From Polyangiales bacterium (GTDB lineage Bacteria > Myxococcota_A > Polyangia > Polyangiales > Polyangiaceae): a stretch of 64,000 nucleotides of DNA. The translations under genes were made by a program, and so were the position numbers. A model generated the notes under the pieces. The model saw only the letters and a program-made list of their open reading frames with translations. It was not told the DNA's origin and ran no database searches. Position 1 is the first letter of the stretch; each line of letters starts with the position of its first letter. The stretch is from contig JBBRLQ010000017.1 of the NCBI GenBank assembly GCA_038231275.1, forward strand, positions 131,530-195,529. The letters run 5' to 3'. Below are positions 37,998-44,427 of this stretch, one piece after another.

Positions 37998-39148
37998 TGC
38001 TCGACGTTCCCGCAACGATCAACTGGTACGTCACCAAGCGCTGCAACCTCGTCTGCACGCACTGCTACAACTACGAGGACGGCGAGGTCCCCCGCGCGAA
38101 GCAGGGAGAGCTCGATCGCGAAGAGGCGATGGCGCTCGGCGAGCGCTTGGTCGACGCCGGCGTCTTCATGATCAACCTGATCGGCGGCGAGCCGCTCACC
38201 GTGCCGTGGCTCGTCGACCTCGTGCGCGTCCTCGCGGACGGCGGAATTCGTGTATCGGTGGCGACGAACGGCACGCTGCTCGACGAGGTGCGCATCGCCG
38301 CGCTGCTGGAGGCCGGCGTCTCGCGCTTCCAGATCAGCCTCGACGGCGCGACGCCGGAGGTGCACGACGCCATCCGCGGCAAGGGCAACTTCGCGCGCGC
38401 GCTTCGCGGCCTGCGTCTCCTCCGCAAGGCCGGCCACGATCCTCAGGTCGCCTTCACCCTCATGAAGTCGAACCAGGGCGAGCTCGAGCCGCTCGTCGCG
38501 CTCCTCCGCCGTGAAGGCATCGGCCTCCTCAAGCTGAGCACCGTCATTCCGAGCGGACGCGCACAAGAGGATCTCGACGAGCTCCTGACCGGCGACGCGC
38601 TACGCGCCCGCATCAACTGGCTGCACCGCGTCGAGAAGGCCTCGCGCGGCGCGCTGCACGTCGACTACCCCTGCTTCGTCGGCCACATCGACGAGAAGAC
38701 CGCGAAGGACGCGTGGAAGCCCGCCGAGAAGGCGCACCACCTCTCGTGCGGGGCCGGCATGACCCGCGCGGTGATCTGGGAGGACGGCAGCGTGGGCGCG
38801 TGCGACTTCATGCGCGAGGATCACGTTGGCGATCTGCGGAAGGACGCGATCAAGGACATCTGGACGAGCGACACCGAGGAGTTCGCGCGATGGCGCCGAC
38901 TCGACAAGGTCGAGAACAAGTGCGGCTCGTGCGGGTACCAGGCCAAATGCGGCTTCGGCTGCCGCGCGAGCGCCTATTTCGGCGGCGGCGATTTCTACGG
39001 GTGGGACCCGATGTGCATCTCGACGCCGCCCCAAGGAGTCGAGCATCCGTGGGAACAGAGTCGGCCGCACGACGAGATCCGCGCGACGACGCCGCTCACC
39101 AAGCGTCGCCTCCCCGTCCTCTCGCCGCGCTCCGGAGCACCGGCGTGA
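37997..39148 (+). CDS. Radical SAM/SPASM domain peptide maturase (PqqE/MftC-like)
   Basis: TGATG overlap; CNLVCTHC, GGEP, ATNGTL, ISLDG..HDAIRGKGNF; SPASM: CGAG..GSVGAC, CGSC..KCGFGC..DPMC. Confidence 0.95.
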   Translation: MLDVPATINWYVTKRCNLVCTHCYNYEDGEVPRAKQGELDREEAMALGERLVDAGVFMINLIGGEPLTVPWLVDLVRVLADGGIRVSVATNGTLLDEVRIAALLEAGVSRFQISLDGATPEVHDAIRGKGNFARALRGLRLLRKAGHDPQVAFTLMKSNQGELEPLVALLRREGIGLLKLSTVIPSGRAQEDLDELLTGDALRARINWLHRVEKASRGALHVDYPCFVGHIDEKTAKDAWKPAEKAHHLSCGAGMTRAVIWEDGSVGACDFMREDHVGDLRKDAIKDIWTSDTEEFARWRRLDKVENKCGSCGYQAKCGFGCRASAYFGGGDFYGWDPMCISTPPQGVEHPWEQSRPHDEIRATTPLTKRRLPVLSPRSGAPA

Positions 39149-40212
39149 TCGAGGACGCGTCCCTCCCCGCGTGCTCGGCGGCCGACGTCGCCGGCGATCT
39201 CGCGCGCCTCTTCGCCGACGCGCGGGCCGTCGCGGAGTCGCTCGCCGGAGGCCTCGTATGGGTGGCCGGGACGCGCGACAAGATCCGCCTCGCGTACGAC
39301 GCGTACTACGTCGCGTGCGCGGCAGAAGCGTTGCGGGAGCGGCACGCGCGCCTCGCGTGGTGGTCGACCGAGACTCCGGCCCGCGCGCCGAGCGTCACGG
39401 CGCCCGACGTCCGGCTCGACGGTCTCCGCGACTCGCTCGAGGCGCAGCTCGCGAGGACGTCGTTCGTGGCGGATGGCGACACGACCCTCGCGCTGGAGCA
39501 TGCGCTCGCGCTCGTCCGCCGAGCGTCCGGCATCGGCGCTATCGCTCCGTCCATGCCTTCGTTCGCGGGCCGACCCGCGCGGGCGCCGGGGCTCCGCGAA
39601 GGAAAGCCCGCGACGCGCACCACCGTCGACCTCCTCCACACGATCGTCTTCCAGGTCGAGATCGCGGCCGTCGAGGTGTGCAGCCGCATCTGGGTGGAGC
39701 ACCCCGAGGCCCCCTGGGCGCTGCACCTCGACATGGCCCGTCAGGTCTTCGACGAGGCGCGGCACGCCGAGATGCTCCTCGCCCGCCTCGAGCAGCTCGG
39801 CGGACGCGAAGGGCAAGGCCCGATCGACTACAAGGTGTGGGACACGTTCCAAGCGGTGCGCGGGTTGCCGGCGCGCCTGCTCGTACAGCACCGCATCGGC
39901 GAAGGGCGCGGCCTCGACGCGTGCGAGCAGCTTCGAAAGAGCAGCGAGGCGAGCGGCGACGTCGCGACCGCGCGCGTCTTCGAGTTCATCATGGCCGACG
40001 AGGTCCATCACGTACGCGCGGGCCACGACTGGCTGCGCGCGCTGGGGCAAGGCGATCCGGGTCGCCTCGGCGAGCTCGAGGCGGAGACGTTCGAGCGCCT
40101 CATGGATCGCGGCATTTTCGTGCCGGATCCGAAGCCCGAGCAGGTCAATGTCCGCGCGCGCCTGGCCGCCGGCTTCACGCGCGCCGACGTCGCGGAGCTG
40201 GTCGCGCCGTGA
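39145..40212 (+). CDS. Ferritin-like diiron protein (DUF455-like)
   Basis: GTGA overlap; LH..FQVEIAAVE, DMARQVFDEARH, EGRGLDA, IMADEVHHV: two ExxH pairs plus a C-terminal R..AGF motif. Confidence 0.82.
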   Translation: MIEDASLPACSAADVAGDLARLFADARAVAESLAGGLVWVAGTRDKIRLAYDAYYVACAAEALRERHARLAWWSTETPARAPSVTAPDVRLDGLRDSLEAQLARTSFVADGDTTLALEHALALVRRASGIGAIAPSMPSFAGRPARAPGLREGKPATRTTVDLLHTIVFQVEIAAVEVCSRIWVEHPEAPWALHLDMARQVFDEARHAEMLLARLEQLGGREGQGPIDYKVWDTFQAVRGLPARLLVQHRIGEGRGLDACEQLRKSSEASGDVATARVFEFIMADEVHHVRAGHDWLRALGQGDPGRLGELEAETFERLMDRGIFVPDPKPEQVNVRARLAAGFTRADVAELVAP

Positions 40213-41558
40213 ACCTCGACGTACCGAACGGACAGACCGCCGCCGCGTCGACGCGCAGCAAATCGCTGCTCGCGCTCCACGAGGAGACGAAGCTCGGGCC
40301 CGACGAGGGCGCCGCGGTGAGCCGCGAGCGGTTCCACGCGAAGGTGTCGTCCCCCACCGCGGGGCGCGTCGGCGTCGGGAACCTCAACGAGGCCGCGAGC
40401 GCGGCGTTCGCCCTCGACGTGCTCGGCCTCGCGCTCGGCGTCTCGGGTCGCGTCCCCTACCCCGTCAGATGCAACGCCTCGAGCGGCAACCTGCACACGG
40501 TCGAGGCGCGCGTCGCGTTCGCGCACGAAGGCGGCGTCGCGATCGGTCACTACGATCCAACCTCGCACACCCTCGCGCTCCGTGGCGCCGCCCGCTGCGA
40601 TGCACCCGTCTCCGCGCTCCGCGTCGCGCTCAGCCTCGTGCTGGAGAGGCAGAGCGCGAAGTACGGCGCGCGCGGCTACCGCTACGGCCTCCTCGATCTT
40701 GGTCACGCGCTCGGTGCGCACGTGCTGGCCGCCCACGCGCGCGGCGCGCACGTCGCCCTCGAAGACTGGAGCGAGGAGGCGACCGGGCGCGCGTTCGGCG
40801 TGAGCCCGTTCGCCTCCGCACCCGAGCGTACCGGGCTCGTCCTTCGCGTCGCGCGCGGGCCGCTCGCCGACGCGCCTCGCCCCCGCTGCGCCGCCACCGA
40901 CTCGCCCTCCGCCGTCGGCCGTGATGCCCGCATGCACGCCTGGCACGATCGCACCTCATCCGGCCACTCGCGGCTCCGCGAGGCCTTCGGCGCCGGCTGG
41001 CTCCCCGCCGCCGACTGGCGCGACGTCGGACCGACGCTCATCCGTCAACGGCGGAGCGCGCGCGCCTTCACGCCGGCGGTCCTGGCGCGAGGCGAGCTCG
41101 ACGCGATCCTCCGCCCACTCGCCCGCGCGCTCGGACGCGAAGGCGCCGACGTCGCGATGCGAGCGGCCGTCGCGGCGCACGACGTACACGGTGTGGCGCC
41201 AGGATTCTACGCGCTCGCCCCCGACGGCAGCCTGAGCGCGCTCCACGTCGGCGACGTTCGCGACGACACGTGTTTCATGCACGCATGCCAGCAAATGGCC
41301 GGAGACGCCGCGTTCGTCGTCATGCTCGGCGCGCCGCTGGCCGAGCTCGTGGCGTTGCGCGGCGGACGCGCGTACCGCGACGCGCACGTGGTCGCCGGCG
41401 CGATCGGCCAGCTCCTCTGCGTCACCGCCGAGTCCGCCGCCCTGCGCGGCAACCCGATGGGGGCCTTCTTCGACGATGAGCTCGCGCCGCTCTTCCCCGC
41501 GGGCCACGCGCCGCTCCACACGCTGGCGTTCGGCGTCCCTCGTCCACGCACTGCGTGA
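40209..41558 (+). CDS. SagB/ThcOx-family FMN dehydrogenase (tandem nitroreductase domains)
   Basis: GTGA overlap; RCNASSGNLHTVE, KYGARGYRYGLLDLGHA, RQRRSARAF, AYR..H..AGAIGQ, GAFFDDE. Confidence 0.85.
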   Translation: MNLDVPNGQTAAASTRSKSLLALHEETKLGPDEGAAVSRERFHAKVSSPTAGRVGVGNLNEAASAAFALDVLGLALGVSGRVPYPVRCNASSGNLHTVEARVAFAHEGGVAIGHYDPTSHTLALRGAARCDAPVSALRVALSLVLERQSAKYGARGYRYGLLDLGHALGAHVLAAHARGAHVALEDWSEEATGRAFGVSPFASAPERTGLVLRVARGPLADAPRPRCAATDSPSAVGRDARMHAWHDRTSSGHSRLREAFGAGWLPAADWRDVGPTLIRQRRSARAFTPAVLARGELDAILRPLARALGREGADVAMRAAVAAHDVHGVAPGFYALAPDGSLSALHVGDVRDDTCFMHACQQMAGDAAFVVMLGAPLAELVALRGGRAYRDAHVVAGAIGQLLCVTAESAALRGNPMGAFFDDELAPLFPAGHAPLHTLAFGVPRPRTA

Positions 41559-41566
41559 CTTTTGGT

Positions 41567-41606
41567 CAGGAGCGTTCGCTGCGCTGCGCTGCGCTGCGCT
41601 CCGCTT
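41567..41606 (-). repeat. REP-like intergenic element, copy 2, with (GCGCT)n pentamer array
   Basis: Minus strand AAGCGGAGCGCAGCGCAGCGCAGCGCAGCGAACGCTCCTG. Confidence 0.6.
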
Positions 41607-42516
41607 ACCGCAGCCGGGCGAGGGTCTTCGCGAAATCCTGCGGCGGCTCCACGCTCCACTGCACCGCGACCTCCGTCGCCGGGTGCACGAAGCCGAGCTC
41701 GCGCGCGTGCAGCATGAGGCGCGGCGCCGGGATCGGATCGCCGCCCAAACCGCGTACGTAGACCCGCTCGCCCACGATGGGGTGCCCAGCCTCCGAGAGG
41801 TGGACCCTGATTTGGTGCGTCCGCCCCGTCTCGAGCCTGCACGCGATGAGGGTCGCCCCCTGGAGCTTCTCGATGACCTCGACGTGCGTGATCGCGAGCT
41901 GCCCCTCGTCGTCGCGCGGCCGCGAGCCGCGGAGACCGTCGCCGCGGTTGGCGACGATGTGCGACCGGAACGTCCGCGCCTTCACGTCGCCGTGCGCGAG
42001 CGCGAAATAGCGACGATGCACCGTGTGCTCGCGAAACTGCGTCGCGAGGATCTTCTTCGCGAGCCACGTGCGCGTGAAGACGACGAGCCCGCTCGTCTCC
42101 TTGTCGATGCGGTGAACGACGCCGAGCGTCGGACGGTCGTTTCGGTCCCCCCTCTTGTCCATGCGCGACAGCGCCGCGCGGACGCGCTCGTCGAGGGTCC
42201 CGGTCTCCGACTCGTCGTACGGCACCGTGCTGATGCCGCTCGGCTTGTTGACGATCACGACGTGCGCGTCGACGAAGACGATCGCCCCCGCGGGCAAATC
42301 GGTCGCCGGACGCGGCTTCGGCGCGGTCATCGTCATCACGACCTTGGAGTCGCGCGGCACCTTCCTGCGCGGGTCGGTCCACGTCTCGCCGTCGACGGTG
42401 ATCTTGCCGCGCTCGATCCAGCGGCGCGCCTCTCCCCAGCTGACGGCGTAGAGCGCACGCACGACGGCGTCGATAGGCTCTTGCGCGAGCTTCGGTGGAA
42501 TGATTTTCTCGGTCAC
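41605..42516 (-). CDS. RluA/RluD-family pseudouridine synthase with S4 domain
   Basis: S4-like N-terminus, VNKPSG, HRIDKETSG, LETGRTHQIRVHL, LMLHA; GTG start 42516. Confidence 0.92.
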   Translation of the reverse strand: MTEKIIPPKLAQEPIDAVVRALYAVSWGEARRWIERGKITVDGETWTDPRRKVPRDSKVVMTMTAPKPRPATDLPAGAIVFVDAHVVIVNKPSGISTVPYDESETGTLDERVRAALSRMDKRGDRNDRPTLGVVHRIDKETSGLVVFTRTWLAKKILATQFREHTVHRRYFALAHGDVKARTFRSHIVANRGDGLRGSRPRDDEGQLAITHVEVIEKLQGATLIACRLETGRTHQIRVHLSEAGHPIVGERVYVRGLGGDPIPAPRLMLHARELGFVHPATEVAVQWSVEPPQDFAKTLARLR

Positions 42517-42526
42517 GTCCCGTCCT

Positions 42527-42563
42527 CTATAGCAAGCGTCGCGCAACGTGACGCTTGCTATAG
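42527..42563. promoter_or_regulatory. Perfect 14-bp inverted repeat with 9-nt spacer in divergent promoter region
   Basis: CTATAGCAAGCGTC-GCGCAACGT-GACGCTTGCTATAG. Confidence 0.7.
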
Positions 42564-42759
42564 CCGTCAGGTGGGTCGCGCCAGTCGTTTGCCCGCAACG
42601 GTCAAACGACTTCTGCTTATGTCGCGCACCCGGCCGGGATCCGGCGGCTTTTCGGTGGGCGTGAACCTGTGCTTGACTTCGGGGTCCCAAACTCCGCACA
42701 ATCGTCGAGAAATTCGGGACTTGCCGCATATTTTCCAAGTCTCCTAGAGGAGCCTCATC

Positions 42760-43626
42760 GTGGCCAAGACTCTGCTCGCAGTCGATGACAGCGTGACGAT
42801 GCGCAAGGTGCTCGAGATCACCTTCAGCGGGGAGGACTTCCACGTCGTCACCGCCGACGGGCACAAAGACGCGCTCTCCAAGCTCGGTGAAGATCCGCTG
42901 GTTTGCGTGATCGACACCGTGCTCGGCGGGGAGGACGGCTACGCCCTCGCGAAGGAAGTTCGAAAGCGCAGCCCGAACTCGACCATCCTGATGATGGCGA
43001 GCCGTCACAACGCGTATGACGCCGAGAAGGGCAAGGCCTCCGGCGCAGACGACTTCATGGACAAGCCGTTCGACACGCAGCAGATGATCGACAAGGTCCG
43101 CAAGGCGTCCGTCGCGCGTGACGGGGGAGTCTCGGTCTCCGCCGCCCCGGCCGCCAAGCCCGCCGCGGGCAAGGGCGCGGTCCCGCCGATCGAGCAGCGC
43201 AGCACGCAGCCGTCGCTCGGTGGCGCCGCCGCCGGAACGCGCCAGCGCGCAGCGACGTTGATGTTCGGGCACGAGCCGACGACGGGGGACCTCAAGGTCG
43301 TCGACAATCCGCCCCCTTCCAAGAGCGAGCCCGTCAAGGCCGAACCCATGAGGCGCCCTACCCCGATGCCCGTCTCGAACGTCCCCCCCGCGACCGTCGC
43401 CGCGACCCCCGCTGCATTGCACCCCAACGCGGGAGGTGCTGCCGGCGCGGCGGTCAACGGCGCCCTCGCCAGCAAGCTCGAAGGCCTCGGCCTCACGCAG
43501 CAGCAAGCCGACGCCGTCCTCGCGCTCTCGCGTGAGGTCATCGAGCGCGTCGTGTGGGAGGTCGTCCCGATCGTCGCCGAGGCGCTGGTCAAAGAAGAGA
43601 TCGCGCGCCTCACCAAAGAGGCCTGA
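42760..43626 (+). CDS. romR: Polarity response regulator RomR
   Basis: Receiver (LLAVDDSVTMRKV), Pro/Ala linker, C-terminal LSREVIERVVWEVVP.VAE.LVKEEI; located upstream of valS as in other myxobacteria. Confidence 0.82.
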   Translation: MAKTLLAVDDSVTMRKVLEITFSGEDFHVVTADGHKDALSKLGEDPLVCVIDTVLGGEDGYALAKEVRKRSPNSTILMMASRHNAYDAEKGKASGADDFMDKPFDTQQMIDKVRKASVARDGGVSVSAAPAAKPAAGKGAVPPIEQRSTQPSLGGAAAGTRQRAATLMFGHEPTTGDLKVVDNPPPSKSEPVKAEPMRRPTPMPVSNVPPATVAATPAALHPNAGGAAGAAVNGALASKLEGLGLTQQQADAVLALSREVIERVVWEVVPIVAEALVKEEIARLTKEA

Positions 43627-43696
43627 TCGCTGACGTAGGCGACGACCGGACGCAGAACCGGCTTGCGGCGACCTATTTGCACGTCCCGGCGGCGTG

Positions 43697-43732
43697 CCTT
43701 ACACTCTGTAAGGAATTTACAGTGAGGTAAGG
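43697..43732 (+). promoter_or_regulatory. Tandem palindromic operator of vapBC
   Basis: CCTTACA-CTC-TGTAAGG followed by TTTACA-GTGAG-GTAAGG immediately before the antitoxin ATG. Confidence 0.7.
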
Positions 43733-43735
43733 CGA

Positions 43736-43975
43736 ATGGCAGCCGCGACGATCACGAGCAAGGGGCAGCTCACCGTACCGCGGGAAATCCGGGCCGCGCT
43801 CGGCGTTGGCCCGGGCGATCGCCTCGCTTTCCGGATCCACGAGGACGGGAGCGTCACCGTCGAGCCCGAGACGGTCGACCTGCGGACCCTCCGCGGATCG
43901 ATTCGGCCGAAGGTCCGCGGTGTGACGATCGCGGCCATGAACGACGCGATTCGTCGCTCCGCCGCCGGTCGATGA
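43736..43975 (+). CDS. vapB: AbrB/MazE/SpoVT-family antitoxin
   Basis: ATITSKGQLTVPREIRAALGVGPGDRLAF. Confidence 0.92.
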   Translation: MAAATITSKGQLTVPREIRAALGVGPGDRLAFRIHEDGSVTVEPETVDLRTLRGSIRPKVRGVTIAAMNDAIRRSAAGR

Positions 43976-44367
43976 TCGCTCTCGATACGAACGTCCTGGT
44001 CCGGTTCATCGTCGATGACGACAAGCACCAGGCGGCCCGAGCTCTCAAGCTGATCGAGCGGGCGATGGAGAGCCAAGAAGCCCTGTTCGTTTCGGACATC
44101 GTCTTGTGCGAGTTCGTATGGGTGCTCTCGGCCAGCTACCGGGTCGCTCGCGCCGAGATCGCGGCGACGTTGGGACGCTTGGTTCAGTCGAGGCAGCTCT
44201 CGTTCACCGACGGTGAGCGCGTGCGCCGGGCCACGGACGCCTTCGCGAAGGGCCGCGGCGACTTCGCGGACTACTTGATTCGTGAGCACGCACGCGACGC
44301 GGGCTGTACCGCCGTCGCGACCTTCGACCGCGCGCTGCTCAAGGACACGCTATTCGTCGCGCCGTGA
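43972..44367 (+). CDS. vapC: PIN-domain toxin VapC
   Basis: ALDTNVLVR, VLCEFVWVL, DFADYLI, TFDR; ATGA overlap. Confidence 0.93.
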   Translation: MIALDTNVLVRFIVDDDKHQAARALKLIERAMESQEALFVSDIVLCEFVWVLSASYRVARAEIAATLGRLVQSRQLSFTDGERVRRATDAFAKGRGDFADYLIREHARDAGCTAVATFDRALLKDTLFVAP

Positions 44368-44427
44368 TCCACATGTCTCACGGGGGCCCGGGCCCACTCT
44401 CGCCGCGCCTGTGGTAAATCCCGCTGC

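Noticed and set aside
37080..39148. AhbC/AhbD or NirJ heme-biosynthesis pair, or pqqE/mftC proper
   Set aside because: No ahbAB/nir/hem genes nearby. The precursor lacks the PqqA ExxxY and MftA IDGxCGVY motifs, and there is no pqqBC or mftDE.
42527..42563. CIRCE element (9-nt spacer, hrcA in window)
   Set aside because: The inner 9 bp match TTAGCACTC at only 3 positions, and the flanking genes are not chaperones.
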